Below, piece by piece: positions 1-10,250 of a DNA stretch of 42,004 nt. The stretch covers positions 1 through 42,004 of the forward strand of contig CAYWRQ010000003.1 in assembly GCA_964460915.1 (NCBI GenBank). The letters are read 5' to 3'. The position numbers and the translations under genes were made by a program. This DNA is from an uncultured Oscillospiraceae bacterium (GTDB lineage Bacteria; Bacillota; Clostridia; Oscillospirales; Ruminococcaceae). The number at the start of each line of letters is the position of its first letter. Position 1 is the first letter of the stretch. The notes below the pieces were generated by a model, which searched no databases, had not been told where the DNA came from, and saw only the letters and a program-made list of their open reading frames with translations.

Positions 1-1003
1 GATGTATATCAATCCCGAGCTGGAGGCGGCAAAGGAAATCGCGCGGATCCTCCGCTTCCCTTTCGCCATCAAAGTAAACCCCTTTATGCTGGACCGGGCC
101 GAGATGATTGAGATCAAGCTGCAAAAGGGAAATCCGCTGGTCGGGCTGGCCCTGAAGGATCTCAAGACCTATTATAACGGCGATATCCTGATCTGCGCCG
201 TATCCCGCGGCAGTCACCACTTTATTCCGGGCGGCAATTTTGTCCTGGAAGAAAGTGACCATGTGATTGTCCTCGGCTCCCCTACCGACCTAAACGAGCT
301 TTCCAAAAAGATCAATCCCTCCGTCCGGAAGGTGAAAAACGTCATGATCGTCGGCGGCAGCCGCATTGCACACTACCTTTCCGACATTCTCCTGGGGCAT
401 GGGGTTCATCTGAAAATCGTTGATCTCAGCGAAAAGCGCTGTCAGGAATTAAGCGAACAGATACCCAGCGCGCGGATCATCTGCGGTGACGCCCGGGACC
501 GGGAACTGCTCCAGGAGGAGGGCATTGAGAAAATGGATGCCTTTATCTCCTTAACCGGCGTGGACGAGGAGAACATCATCGCTTCGATTTATGCCGACTC
601 CTGCCATGTGCCGAAGGTTATTTCCAAAATCAGCGACCGCGATATGGCCGGTATGGTGGACAGGCTGGGGCTGGACATCGTCGTTTCCCCCAAAACCCTG
701 ACGGCGGATATCATCGTCCGGTACGCCCGCTCGATCGAAAGCGCGGCGGAAAACGCTGTCAAGACGCTCTATACAATCTGCGACGGCAAAATTGAGGTCA
801 TGGAGTACCATGTGGACGGCGATCTTCCCTTCCTGGGCCAGCCGCTCGCCAATCTGAAAATCAAACCGGGCATCCTGATCGCCTGCATCGTACGGGACGG
901 ACGGACGATTATCGCCAATGGCTCATCGACCATCGCCCACGGGGACAATGTCATTGTCGTCTCCCGAAAAGGCAGGGTGAAAAGCCTGGCGGATATCCGA
1001 TAA
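1..1003 (+). CDS. trkA: Trk-type K+ uptake NAD-binding subunit TrkA, 5'-truncated by the window edge
   Basis: ORF 2..1003 is open to the window start. It has a Rossmann-like motif VMIVGGSRIAHYL followed by an RCK_C-like C-terminal half. trkH follows 17 nt downstream. Confidence 0.85.
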   Translation, partial: MYINPELEAAKEIARILRFPFAIKVNPFMLDRAEMIEIKLQKGNPLVGLALKDLKTYYNGDILICAVSRGSHHFIPGGNFVLEESDHVIVLGSPTDLNELSKKINPSVRKVKNVMIVGGSRIAHYLSDILLGHGVHLKIVDLSEKRCQELSEQIPSARIICGDARDRELLQEEGIEKMDAFISLTGVDEENIIASIYADSCHVPKVISKISDRDMAGMVDRLGLDIVVSPKTLTADIIVRYARSIESAAENAVKTLYTICDGKIEVMEYHVDGDLPFLGQPLANLKIKPGILIACIVRDGRTIIANGSSTIAHGDNVIVVSRKGRVKSLADIR

Positions 1004-1020
1004 GGGGGCGCCGGGACAAA

Positions 1021-2460
1021 ATGAACTACAAAACAGTTTTCAACATGATTTCCCGCATCCTTTTGGTAGAAGCGGTCTTGATGTGCCTTCCGATGATCGT
1101 GGCGCTGATTTACGGAGAAGATGTTTATTATTATCTGATTCCGATTCTGCTGCTCTTTGTCATCGGAGGGATTGGCGTGCTGCTGCTGCATACCGACGAC
1201 AAGATCTATTCCCGGGAAGGGTTTGTCATTGTCGCGCTGTCCTGGATTTTTATGTCGGTTGCCGGATGCCTGCCGTTTATGATTTCCGGGTATATCCCGT
1301 CCTTTGCCGACGCGTTTTTCGAAACGGTCAGCGGGTTTACGACGACCGGTGCCTCCATCCTGACGGATATCGAGGCCCTGCCGCAGGGGCTGCTTTTTTG
1401 GCGCAGCTTCACCCACTGGGTCGGCGGCATGGGGGTTCTGGTCTTTGTAATGGCGATTATGCCGCTGAGCAACATCCGCAGCGTCCATATCATGCGGGCG
1501 GAGGTTCCCGGGCCGACCAAATCCAAGCTTGTCCCGCGGATGAAGGATACCGCCAAGCTGCTTTATAAAATTTACATCTTTCTTACCCTATTGGAAATTA
1601 TCCTCTTAATGGCGGGCGGGATGCCGCTTTATGACGCCTTTATCAATGCGTTCGGCACAGCCGGTACGGGCGGTTTTTCCAACAAGGCCCTCAGCGTCGG
1701 CGCATACAATTCCGCTTATTTTGAGGTGGTCATCGGTATATTCATGCTGCTGTTCGGCATCAACTTCAACCTGTATTATCTGATCCTGCTCGGCGAAATC
1801 AAAAACGCCCTGAAAAGCGAGGAGCTGCACTGGTATCTCGGCTTTGTATCGGTTTCAACCGTGGCAATTGCAATCAATATCGCCGGCCGGTACGAGAATT
1901 TTGCCCAGAGCCTGCGGTACGCCTTTTTCCAGGTTTCATCTATCATCACAACCACCGGTTATTCCTCGACTGATTTTAACACCTGGCCGACCCTTTCCAA
2001 AGTCATCCTGCTGATTTTGATGGTCATCGGCGGCTGTGCCGGGAGCACGGGCGGCGGCGTCAAGGTATCAAGGGTTGTGATTGCCTGCAAATCGATTGTA
2101 CGGGAAATGCGCCGCCTGCTTCATCCCCATGCGGTTCAATCGGTCCGGATCGACGGCTCCGCCATTGAAAAGAAGGACGCACACGCCACGATGATTTTTT
2201 TGGTCGCGTACTTTTTTCTTTGCCTGCTTCTTTTCCTGGTTGTTTGTTTCGACGGCTACGACCTGATTACTTCCGGGACAGCGGTGCTGGCCTGTGTATC
2301 CAACATCGGGCCGGGCCTGGAGCTTGTCGGGCCGATGGGTTCCTTTGCGATCTTTTCCCCCTTTGTAAAAATCGTATTATCCTTTGGGATGCTGCTGGGA
2401 AGGCTGGAAATCTTCCCCATTATGATGCTCTTTGTTCCCTCCACCTGGCGCCGAACGTAA
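1021..2460 (+). CDS. trkH: Trk-type K+ uptake membrane subunit TrkH
   Basis: 479-aa polytopic membrane protein with repeated TTTG/STGGG-type selectivity-filter-like motifs (GFTTTGAS, GTAGTGGFS, ITTTGYSS, GSTGGGVK). It is adjacent to trkA, with AAGGGGG upstream of the ATG. Confidence 0.85.
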   Translation: MNYKTVFNMISRILLVEAVLMCLPMIVALIYGEDVYYYLIPILLLFVIGGIGVLLLHTDDKIYSREGFVIVALSWIFMSVAGCLPFMISGYIPSFADAFFETVSGFTTTGASILTDIEALPQGLLFWRSFTHWVGGMGVLVFVMAIMPLSNIRSVHIMRAEVPGPTKSKLVPRMKDTAKLLYKIYIFLTLLEIILLMAGGMPLYDAFINAFGTAGTGGFSNKALSVGAYNSAYFEVVIGIFMLLFGINFNLYYLILLGEIKNALKSEELHWYLGFVSVSTVAIAINIAGRYENFAQSLRYAFFQVSSIITTTGYSSTDFNTWPTLSKVILLILMVIGGCAGSTGGGVKVSRVVIACKSIVREMRRLLHPHAVQSVRIDGSAIEKKDAHATMIFLVAYFFLCLLLFLVVCFDGYDLITSGTAVLACVSNIGPGLELVGPMGSFAIFSPFVKIVLSFGMLLGRLEIFPIMMLFVPSTWRRT

Positions 2461-2461
2461 G

Positions 2462-2500
2462 AAAAATTGCCCAGCTTTTTGAAAGAGCTGGGCAATTTTT
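2462..2500. terminator. Bidirectional rho-independent terminator between convergent trkH and the MATE gene
   Basis: Perfect inverted repeat AAAAATTGCCCAGCT / AGCTGGGCAATTTTT (2462..2476 and 2486..2500). The A-run and T-run flanks allow termination in both directions. Confidence 0.8.
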
Positions 2501-2517
2501 CTGCTACGGATATCTTC

Positions 2518-2541
2518 CCAGCCTTTTGAAAAAGGCTGGGC
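2518..2541. terminator. Second hairpin, sequence-related to the first (CCCAGCC-N10-GGCTGGG)
   Basis: 7-bp GC-rich stem with loop TTTTGAAAAA. The core CCCAGC..GCTGGG is shared with hairpin 2462..2500. The T-tail is weak. Confidence 0.4.
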
Positions 2542-2750
2542 GAAAACTTTTTAGTTCGCGGGATGTCCGAAGGACATCGAGTCGCATACTGCTGCGCAAT
2601 CCGCTCGCTCGCTTATTTTAGAAATGGCCGAGCGCGCCGGTTACGTGCGGCGGTTTAGAACGTTTTCCTGCGGGATCGGAACAAAAATCGTTCGAAGACT
2701 GCGAACTTGTTGAGCAGTCTAGTCAGTTTGGTTCGCTTGACCGCCCGCGT

Positions 2751-4127
2751 TTATGCTTTCTGCACCGCTTTGGCATCGCGGGTCAGGTTCTTCATCCAGT
2801 TAAACCGGTTGATCTTAAAGAACGCGACAATGCACTTCAGGATCTGGTCACACTTTAGGCAGGCAAACACAACCCAGGCCGGTGCGCCAAGATAGGACGC
2901 GATTATCGCCGAAGGAAGGACAACCAGGAATACAAAAATCGTATCATTCTTAAAGACAAAGCCGATATCCCCTCCGGATTTGACCAGCCCGAACAGCCCG
3001 GCCGCCTGATAGCAGGTGCCGATCATCGTAACCGACAAAACGGTAATAAACTGTGCCGAATAAGCCGCCGCCTCAGCCGTAATACCCGAGTAAAGGCCGA
3101 TAAACGGCATTTTCAGTAGCGCAATAAACCCGCCGGTTACAAGCCCCATCCCGAAGAAAAGGATCTGAACCGTATAGGCGTATTCCTTCATCAGCTCGGT
3201 CTTTCCGGCCCCTACCGTTTTTCCGGTAATGATGCCGACCGCGGAAGACATCCCGTTCATCGTCACGTATGCAAGCGAATTCATCGTGTTGGCGACACTG
3301 GCCGCCGTAATTACGCTGGCGGAAAAATGGCCCAAAATCGCCGAGTTGGCCATCATATTGACACTCCAGACAACCTGTCCGCCGATGATCGGCAGGCCAT
3401 ACCGGATAAAGTCGCGCCGAAGCTCCGCGTCACTGCGCAGGAAATCGGAAAACTTCAGCTTCAGTTTCTTGTCTATCCGGGCAATATAGATGACCATGAC
3501 GGTTGTCTCAACAATACGGGAAATCAGCGTTGCAATGGCCGCGCCGGCAATCCCCAGAGCCGGAAGCCCCAGCTTGCCGAAAATCAGCAGGTAGTTCAGT
3601 GTCACATTAAACACCAGGGAAATAGCTGAAACGACCATCCCGATCCGCGCGACCTCCACGCTGCGCATCGAGGCGATCAACGCCTGGGTTACGCAGAAAA
3701 AGATATAGGACACGCAGACAATCCGCAGGTATATGCCGCCGTCTGCGATAACAGACGGATCATCTGTAAACAGCGAGATAATTTGGCGCGGAAACGCAAG
3801 GCACACCGCCGTCAAAATCGCGCCGAAGGCAATCGAAAAATGCAGGCCGATCGAAATGATCCGCTTGATGCTGTCCGTGTCCTGTTTTCCCCAATATTGG
3901 GCGGCAAGAACCAAAATCGCGCCCTCAATGCCGCCGGAAAACATCTGCAAAAGCGTTTGGATCTGGCTGCCCATATAAACGCCGGAAACCGCGGAGTCTC
4001 CTAAGGAACCGACCATCAGGTTGTCCGCGAAGCTGACCGCGAAGGTAATCAGGTTTTGCAGCGCAACCGGTATTGCCAAGGTGATCAGCGAGCGGTAAAA
4101 GCTCCGATCACGGGTAATAAGCCTCAT
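2751..4127 (-). CDS. MATE family multidrug/toxin efflux transporter
   Basis: About 458-aa 12-TM-like protein with a MATE-typical N-terminus (RSLITLAIPVALQNLITFAVSFADNLMVGSLG). I chose the internal ATG at 4127, which is preceded by GGAAGGAAG. The longer ORF to 4205 has no RBS. Confidence 0.8.
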   Translation of the reverse strand: MRLITRDRSFYRSLITLAIPVALQNLITFAVSFADNLMVGSLGDSAVSGVYMGSQIQTLLQMFSGGIEGAILVLAAQYWGKQDTDSIKRIISIGLHFSIAFGAILTAVCLAFPRQIISLFTDDPSVIADGGIYLRIVCVSYIFFCVTQALIASMRSVEVARIGMVVSAISLVFNVTLNYLLIFGKLGLPALGIAGAAIATLISRIVETTVMVIYIARIDKKLKLKFSDFLRSDAELRRDFIRYGLPIIGGQVVWSVNMMANSAILGHFSASVITAASVANTMNSLAYVTMNGMSSAVGIITGKTVGAGKTELMKEYAYTVQILFFGMGLVTGGFIALLKMPFIGLYSGITAEAAAYSAQFITVLSVTMIGTCYQAAGLFGLVKSGGDIGFVFKNDTIFVFLVVLPSAIIASYLGAPAWVVFACLKCDQILKCIVAFFKINRFNWMKNLTRDAKAVQKA

Positions 4128-4210
4128 CGCATACTCTTCCTTCCCAAACTCATACATATTTAGGGTTTCCCCGCATCTGAAAAAATATACAGGGCTTCCC
4201 GCCAAAATTC

Positions 4211-4239
4211 ATTATAATAATTTGCAAAATGAAAGTCAA
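4211..4239 (-). promoter_or_regulatory. Sigma-A type promoter for the MATE gene
   Basis: On the minus strand: TTGACT (4239..4234), a 17-nt spacer, then TATAAT (4216..4211). Confidence 0.6.
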
Positions 4240-4507
4240 GACGACACCCTACCCGGATTTCCAGTCATTTTCATCAAAGTTTTTCCCAAAAAACCGGCAT
4301 ATTCCCCGCTTTTTTGACCTTTTAACCATACCTGGCTTCCTAATCCGGGTAGTCTGCACAAGAAAAGCCTTTTCCCGATATACTTCCATTTTTTGAAAAA
4401 ACAAAGGCTGACGCAAAACCTGCATCAACCTTTGCCGTATCCATCCGTTGTCTGCGGCAGCCGCCTATCCAAGCGGAATACAGGCATCCTGCCGCAAATA
4501 TAAGTCC

Positions 4508-5323
4508 TTAGATTCTTCTCTTGCTGCCTGCGTAGGCGTCCGTCCTGGGAATCCAGTCGAGGAATTCCTCAATGTTTTCGTTCCAGCAGCGCCATTCATG
4601 GCCATAGTCCTTCTCAAAGTTTGTCGTAACCGAGATGCCGTTGTCCTTTAAGAACTCCGCAAAAGCCTTGGCGCGTTCCGGGCCGTCCTTCTTGCCGGTC
4701 GAAATATAGTAGTCGGGGAATTTCTTTCCTTCCGCTTTTCCTTTCTCCGCCAGCTCGACTGCCAGGGGGCTGATCATCCCTTTCAGTTCTTCCGGCGTAT
4801 AGCTCTTCGTGCGGTCCATATCCATCCGCATCAACGGGCCGGAGAACGAACCGACTGCACGGTACTGTTCCGGATTGGTCAGCGAGTGAACCAGCGAACC
4901 CATGCTCCCCATGCTCAGGCCCGCAATATAGGTATCCTCCGGACGGTCGGAAACCGGGAAGTTCGCCTTAACAAACTCCGGCACCTCTTTGGACAGGAAA
5001 TCAAAATGACGGTCGCCGCCGCCGATCAGGTTGCCGCCGCCCTCTTGATTCTGATAGCTCTTATTTTCGCCGGAAATCATCACCACCGCGATCTGCCGTT
5101 CCTCTGCAAAAAGCTCGACATCAGTATACCGGCCCCAAACCGAGTAGTTGTTGCCGAAGCCGTGCAGCAGGTACAGCACCGGGAAAGGCGCCTTATGCTG
5201 ATGGGTCGGCTGAACCTTATCCTTCGCCATCGATTCGGGAATCGTACAGGTCGGGATAATGACGTTCATCTCCACTTCACGCATCAGGGTGTAGGAAATA
5301 AAACCGACATGAAAAAGTGCCAT
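4508..5323 (-). CDS. Esterase-D family alpha/beta hydrolase (tributyrin-esterase EstA-like)
   Basis: Contains PVLYLLHG, the nucleophile elbow GLSMGS and a C-terminal HEW motif. Start is at the ATG at 5323, preceded by AAGGAGG. Confidence 0.75.
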   Translation of the reverse strand: MALFHVGFISYTLMREVEMNVIIPTCTIPESMAKDKVQPTHQHKAPFPVLYLLHGFGNNYSVWGRYTDVELFAEERQIAVVMISGENKSYQNQEGGGNLIGGGDRHFDFLSKEVPEFVKANFPVSDRPEDTYIAGLSMGSMGSLVHSLTNPEQYRAVGSFSGPLMRMDMDRTKSYTPEELKGMISPLAVELAEKGKAEGKKFPDYYISTGKKDGPERAKAFAEFLKDNGISVTTNFEKDYGHEWRCWNENIEEFLDWIPRTDAYAGSKRRI

Positions 5324-5362
5324 AATAAAATCCTCCTTATTTTGTAACTTCATTACATATCT

Positions 5363-5391
5363 ATCTTACCAGATTATCCAAACGCAATCAA
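5363..5391 (-). promoter_or_regulatory. Candidate promoter for the esterase gene
   Basis: On the minus strand: TTGATT (5391..5386), a 17-nt spacer, then TAAGAT (5368..5363). Confidence 0.45.
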
Positions 5392-5477
5392 GTGGAGATT
5401 TGAACAAAAAAGGGCGTATTCCTTTAGACACTCTTTTTTCCGCTTTATATATGCTCCGCTGTTCCCCAAATGCCCGC

Positions 5478-5517
5478 AAAAAAAGCCTCCGCCCTCCTGT
5501 TACAGGAAAGCGGGAGC
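5478..5517 (-). terminator. Candidate rho-independent terminator after lysA
   Basis: Imperfect GC-rich hairpin (5485..5517) followed on the minus strand by a run of 7 U (plus-strand A-run 5478..5484). It lies 12 nt downstream of the lysA stop. Confidence 0.55.
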
Positions 5518-5528
5518 TTTTCATCTTT

Positions 5529-6821
5529 TCAGATATCGTCCCGGCACAGCTCCTCATAGGTCTGGCCCTTTATCATCACACGGTCATTTCCGCCCTGCAC
5601 CATGACAACAGGGGGGATCGGGTTACGGTTATAGCAGGACGCCATCGAATAATTATACGCTCCGGTGGACAACACCGCCATAATATCGCCCGCCTCGGCC
5701 TTTGCCAACGGGACGTTTTCCCCCAGCAGGTCGCCCGATTCGCAGCACTTGCCCGCGACGGTCACAACCGTATCGGCCTGTGCATCCGCTTTATTGGCCA
5801 GCAGGAAATCGTACTTGGACTGGTAGAGAATATAACGGGGGTTGTCGCCCATGCCGCCGTCGACCGACACATAGGTACGGATATCCGGGATCTGCTTGAC
5901 GGAGCCGATTGTGTACAGGGTGGTACCCGCTTCGCCGACAATGCTTCTTCCCGGCTCCATCAGGATAAACGGGGTGTTCAGGCCGAGTGCCTTTGCCTTC
6001 TGATGGATTGCTTCGGAAACGGCCTCCATATACTCCGCGTACGGCACCGGGTCGTCCTCGTCCGTATAACGGATACCGTAGCCGCCGCCGAGGTTCAGCT
6101 CCTCGATTTCGTAGCCGGTTTCCTTCTTCACATCGCCGATCAGCTGCATCAAGACCTCTGCCGCTTTGACAAAGGGCGTAACCTCATGGATCTGGGAGCC
6201 GATGTGGCAATGGATCCCGCATAGACGGACAGAGGGCGTCCGGATGGCCTGCTTGATGGCCTCCATCGCCTCGCCCGTCTCAAGGGCAAAGCCGAACTTG
6301 GAATCAATCTGGCCGGTCATAATAAATTGATGGGTATGGGCGTCAATGCCGGGCTTGATACGCAGCATAATTGGCTGGGTTACGTCCAGTTCCTCCGCCA
6401 TTTTGCCGACACGGTCCAGTTCCTCAATATTGTCGACGACAATCCGGCCGACACGGTTTTGCAGCGCCATCCAAATCTCCCCGTCGGACTTGTTGTTGCC
6501 ATGGAAGCAGACATTCTCCATCGGGAACCCGACCGACAGCGCCGTATACAGTTCGCCGCCCGACACGACATCCGCGCCCAGCCCCTCGCTTCTCGCAATC
6601 CGGTACATCTCCTTACAGCAAAAAGCCTTAGAAGCATAGCAGATCAGCCCGCGGCCGTCGTAAAAGCGGTCGATGGAATCGCGGTAGGCGCGCATCGCGA
6701 CGCGGATCGTATCCTCTTCCATAACATACAGCGGCGTTCCGTACTTTTCCGCCAATACGACCGCATCTACACCGCCCAATACGAGATGACCTTCCGCATT
6801 GACATTTACTCTTCTGTCCAT
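5529..6821 (-). CDS. lysA: Diaminopimelate decarboxylase
   Basis: Fold-III PLP decarboxylase signatures (YASKAF with the PLP lysine, HCHIGSQ, EPGRSIVG, CESGD). Start is the ATG at 6821 (MDRRVNV), preceded by AAGGAAAGGGA. The Arg-rich 61-aa upstream extension of the ORF was rejected. Confidence 0.9.
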   Translation of the reverse strand: MDRRVNVNAEGHLVLGGVDAVVLAEKYGTPLYVMEEDTIRVAMRAYRDSIDRFYDGRGLICYASKAFCCKEMYRIARSEGLGADVVSGGELYTALSVGFPMENVCFHGNNKSDGEIWMALQNRVGRIVVDNIEELDRVGKMAEELDVTQPIMLRIKPGIDAHTHQFIMTGQIDSKFGFALETGEAMEAIKQAIRTPSVRLCGIHCHIGSQIHEVTPFVKAAEVLMQLIGDVKKETGYEIEELNLGGGYGIRYTDEDDPVPYAEYMEAVSEAIHQKAKALGLNTPFILMEPGRSIVGEAGTTLYTIGSVKQIPDIRTYVSVDGGMGDNPRYILYQSKYDFLLANKADAQADTVVTVAGKCCESGDLLGENVPLAKAEAGDIMAVLSTGAYNYSMASCYNRNPIPPVVMVQGGNDRVMIKGQTYEELCRDDI

Positions 6822-6879
6822 TTTCAATTCCCTTTCCTTATTTTCTCTATCCCGGCCGCAGGAAAAACGCCGCCGGTAT

Positions 6880-7584
6880 CTATTCATCAAAGCCGATATA
6901 CTCGACCTTAATCTCTTCGTCCTTTGGCTGCTCCTCCGTTTCTGCGGCCGACTGTTCCGGCCGCGCCGGCAGCAGCTCAGGATGCTCCGCACAGAAGGTG
7001 ACAAGCTGCGTCAAAATTTCCCGCAGCTGCTCCACCCCTTCCCCGTCCTTGGCGGAAAAAGGCAGGATCACCGTATCCTCCCCTACCTCCGGCAGCTCCT
7101 CACGGATAGAGGCAAGGCGGTTTGCCCGCTCGGTCTTGTTGAGCTTGTCGGCCTTTGTCAGCACAATGATAAACGGAATTTCCATCTGCACCAGAAAATG
7201 GATCATTTCGATATCCTGCACAGACGGCGGGTGCCGCATATCAACCAGCTGCACCACCAAGCCGAGAAACCGTTTTTCATCCTTCAGATACCCTTCAATC
7301 AGCCCCGACCAGCGCTTTTTCTCGCTCAGCCCGACCTTTGCGTAGCCATAGCCCGGCAGATCGACCAGATGCATCTGATTGTCCAGGTTATAGAAATTGA
7401 TCGTAACCGTTTTCCCCGGCTCCGAGCTGACCCGCGCCAGGGCTTTCCGCTCCAAAAGGCGGTTGATAAGCGAGGATTTCCCGGCGTTGGAGCGCCCGGA
7501 AAAAGCGACCTCCGGAAGCCGTGAAAGCGGGATCTGCTGATGCAGGCCATAAGCTGCCTCAAAGGATACATTATGATAATTCAT
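6880..7584 (-). CDS. engB: Ribosome-biogenesis GTPase EngB/YsxC with an acidic C-terminal tail
   Basis: G1 GRSNAGKSSLIN, G3 DLPGYG and G4 TKADK motifs. It sits immediately downstream of lon, as in Bacillus lonA-ysxC. Confidence 0.88.
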   Translation of the reverse strand: MNYHNVSFEAAYGLHQQIPLSRLPEVAFSGRSNAGKSSLINRLLERKALARVSSEPGKTVTINFYNLDNQMHLVDLPGYGYAKVGLSEKKRWSGLIEGYLKDEKRFLGLVVQLVDMRHPPSVQDIEMIHFLVQMEIPFIIVLTKADKLNKTERANRLASIREELPEVGEDTVILPFSAKDGEGVEQLREILTQLVTFCAEHPELLPARPEQSAAETEEQPKDEEIKVEYIGFDE

Positions 7585-7684
7585 CTATTCAGCCTTTCTT
7601 CTTGCCTTCCCATCCTATGCATCCGCACCCCGGACGGGAAAGCACACGCTTCTATAAAGCAATGGATACTCCGTGGGCGGGAGA

Positions 7685-10129
7685 TCAGCATTGGACCCCG
7701 CTGCGCACAGGATCCGTATGCGGCAGATTCGCCGTCGGGATTTCCGGTTTTTCGGGACGCTCCAGTACCGACGTCTTCTCTGTGATCGGCTCCCGCCGGA
7801 TCAGCACCCGGTCCAAAATCTCGTCGACATGGTGCACCGGCACAAACTCGACCTTCTCCTTGACAACGGCTTCTACCTCTTCCAGATCCTTTTGGTTCTC
7901 CCAGGGGATGAAAACCGTATGAATCCCCCGGCGGTAGGCCGCCATAGATTTCTCCCGCAGGCCGCCGATCGGCAGTACCCGGCCGTGGAGGGTAATCTCC
8001 CCGGTCATGGCCACATCGTGGCGCACCGGCTGGCCCGAAAGGGCCGAAACCAAGCAGGTCGTCATCGTCACACCGGCGGAAGGGCCGTCCTTCGGCACCG
8101 CTCCTTCGGGAGCATGGATATGAATATCGTTCTTCCGGTAAAATTCCGGATCAATATGATACCGGTCCGCAAGGCTGCGCACCAGGCTGACTGCAATCTG
8201 GGCCGATTCCGTCATCACCTCTCCCAGAGAGCCGGTTATCTGGATTTTCCCGACGCCCGGAAGGATGATCGCCTCGATCTCCATTGTCTCGCCGCCAGCC
8301 GAGGTCCAGGCAAGGCCGTTGACAACGCCGACCTGATCCTCCTGTTCCATGACCGAATCGGTATAACGCGGGATCCCGAGCAGCTCTTCCAGATTTTTCG
8401 GCGTCACACTCAGGCTTTCGGTTTCCCCGGAGACAATGCTCTTTGCAGCCTTCCGGCAGATCGAAGCCAGCTCCCGCTCCAGCTGACGGACGCCGGACTC
8501 CCTCGTATAGCTGTCAATCAAGGCGTACAGCGCCTTTTTGTTGATCTTCAGCTGCGCAGAGCTTAGGCCGTGCTTTTTCATCTGCTTGGGCAACAGATGT
8601 TTGCGGGCAATATGCCATTTTTCCTCGCGGGTATAGCTGTTCATCTCAATCAGTTCCATACGGTCCATCAGCGGGCGCGGAATCATCGAGACGTCATTGG
8701 CCGTTGTGATAAACAATACATCCGATAGGTCAAAGGGAACCTCCAGATAGTGGTCGCGGAATTCGACATTCTGTTCCGGATCCAAAACCTCCAGCATCGC
8801 CGAGCTGGGATCCCCCTTATAATCGGCGCTCATCTTATCGACCTCATCCAGCAGGATCAGCGGGTTACGGGTCCCGGCCTGCTTGATCGCGTCGATGATG
8901 CGGCCGGGCATCGACCCGAGGTAAGTCTTGCGGTGGCCGCGGATTTCCGCCTCATCCTTCACGCCGCCAAGGGAAATACGGACATATTTCCGTCCCAGCG
9001 CCTCCGCGACCGAACGGGCGACCGAGGTCTTGCCGACACCGGGAGGGCCGGCGAGGCACAGAATCTGCCCCTTGATATCCGGCGCCATCTTCCGGACCGC
9101 GATCAATTCCAGGATCCGTTTCTTGACCTTATCCATACCGTAATGGTCGCGGTTTAAAATCCTTTCAGCCCGGGCAATATCGTTATGGTCTTCGCTCATC
9201 TTATCCCAGGGGAGGTCGGTAACCGTTTCCAGATAGGTCCGGATCACCTGGCCCTCCTGCGACTGGGGCGGCGTGCGGTACAGCCGCTCGCACTCCCGAA
9301 TCAGCTTTTCGCGGGATTCGTCGGAGATGTGCTGGATACCCTGGATGAACTCGGAGAAATACATCGAGTCCTCCATCGGGGAATCCCCTTCCCCCAGTTC
9401 GGCCGAAATCACCCGCAGCTGCTCGCGCAGGAAATAATCGCGCTGGTTTTTATCCATCGAATCCTTGACCTGGTCGTAGATATCCCGCTCCCAGCCCATC
9501 ACCGAAACCTCCCGCTGCAACACGGCTACCAGCATCCCGATACGGGTTGCGAGGTCCGGCTCTTCCAAAAGCTCCTGCTTATCCTCGACCTGCAAAAACA
9601 GGCTCTGGACAATTTTATCATACATCCCCTTCGGCGTCTTCTGGGACAGTACAGCCGTTACAATCTCGTCCGGCATCTTCGGTACCATTTCCACATACTC
9701 GTCAAAGCCCCGGATCATCGCCCGCAGCATGGCCTCCTGCTGCTCATCGGTCGCGTCCAGCTGGTTGTGATCGTAAAGCCTTCTGACCTGGGCTGTATAA
9801 AACGGCCCGGAAAGGTCATAATGAATGGCTTCCGCCTTGTACAGCCCTTCCACCATTACGCGGACGGAATTTTTGCCGTTGCCCAGCATCTGGACAATCC
9901 GGGCCACAACCCCAACCGTATAGATTTCGTCTTCTTTGGGTGATTCAACCGTAAAATCCTTCTGTGCCGCGAGAAAAAGCCGCTTATCCTGTGCCATAGC
10001 TTCGCGAATGGCCTGGATAGACTGCTCTCTGTTGACATCAAAATGCAGGGTCATCGCCGGGAACATGACGATACCGCGCATAGCCAGTGCCGGGAGAATC
10101 ATCATCTGCTCTCTTCCTTCGTTTTCCAT
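7685..10129 (-). CDS. lon: ATP-dependent Lon protease
   Basis: 814 aa with a Lon N-terminal domain, Walker [10 protein letters not shown], Walker B LLDEVDK and the protease catalytic serine motif PKDGPSAGV. Confidence 0.95.
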   Translation of the reverse strand: MENEGREQMMILPALAMRGIVMFPAMTLHFDVNREQSIQAIREAMAQDKRLFLAAQKDFTVESPKEDEIYTVGVVARIVQMLGNGKNSVRVMVEGLYKAEAIHYDLSGPFYTAQVRRLYDHNQLDATDEQQEAMLRAMIRGFDEYVEMVPKMPDEIVTAVLSQKTPKGMYDKIVQSLFLQVEDKQELLEEPDLATRIGMLVAVLQREVSVMGWERDIYDQVKDSMDKNQRDYFLREQLRVISAELGEGDSPMEDSMYFSEFIQGIQHISDESREKLIRECERLYRTPPQSQEGQVIRTYLETVTDLPWDKMSEDHNDIARAERILNRDHYGMDKVKKRILELIAVRKMAPDIKGQILCLAGPPGVGKTSVARSVAEALGRKYVRISLGGVKDEAEIRGHRKTYLGSMPGRIIDAIKQAGTRNPLILLDEVDKMSADYKGDPSSAMLEVLDPEQNVEFRDHYLEVPFDLSDVLFITTANDVSMIPRPLMDRMELIEMNSYTREEKWHIARKHLLPKQMKKHGLSSAQLKINKKALYALIDSYTRESGVRQLERELASICRKAAKSIVSGETESLSVTPKNLEELLGIPRYTDSVMEQEDQVGVVNGLAWTSAGGETMEIEAIILPGVGKIQITGSLGEVMTESAQIAVSLVRSLADRYHIDPEFYRKNDIHIHAPEGAVPKDGPSAGVTMTTCLVSALSGQPVRHDVAMTGEITLHGRVLPIGGLREKSMAAYRRGIHTVFIPWENQKDLEEVEAVVKEKVEFVPVHHVDEILDRVLIRREPITEKTSVLERPEKPEIPTANLPHTDPVRSGVQC

Positions 10130-10221
10130 AGCTGTTCCTTTCTATCTCATCGGTCATACGTACTGCAAAATTAAGTACCTCTACAGGATATGTTTCAATC
10201 CACAGAGAATGACTTAAATTC

Positions 10222-10250
10222 ATTATACTAAAGTTCCGTAAAAAATGCAA
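10222..10250 (-). promoter_or_regulatory. Sigma-A type promoter for lon
   Basis: On the minus strand: TTGCAT (10250..10245), a 17-nt spacer, then TATAAT (10227..10222). It lies about 95 nt upstream of the lon ATG. Confidence 0.6.

Noticed and set aside
551-1568. Overlapping ORFs inside trkA and trkH (551..811, 769..1488, 1083..1568, 1206..1556). Similar nested ORFs occur throughout lysA, lon, the ABC genes, nrdD, murA and others.
   Set aside because: All lie within or antisense to genes that have strong family signatures. They lack an RBS and have skewed Arg/Pro/Gly composition typical of off-frame translation of GC-rich coding DNA.
6822-6879. A possible lysine riboswitch or other leader upstream of lysA.
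   Set aside because: The engB-lysA spacer is only 58 nt, which is far too short for an L-box. lysA appears to be co-transcribed with lon-engB.
5529-7004. N-terminal extensions in the supplied longest-ORF calls. These affect lysA (to 7004), the MATE gene (to 4205), the esterase (to 5353), the glycoside hydrolase (to 27398), the kinase (to 13545), DRTGG-2 (to 11720), PHP (to 11325), hydC (from 14129), the flavodoxin-like gene (from 28873), nrdG (to 35147) and the 503-aa gene (to 32340).
   Set aside because: In each case an internal start codon is preceded by a good Shine-Dalgarno sequence and coincides with the family-typical N-terminus. The extension is Arg-rich or overlaps the upstream gene or terminator.
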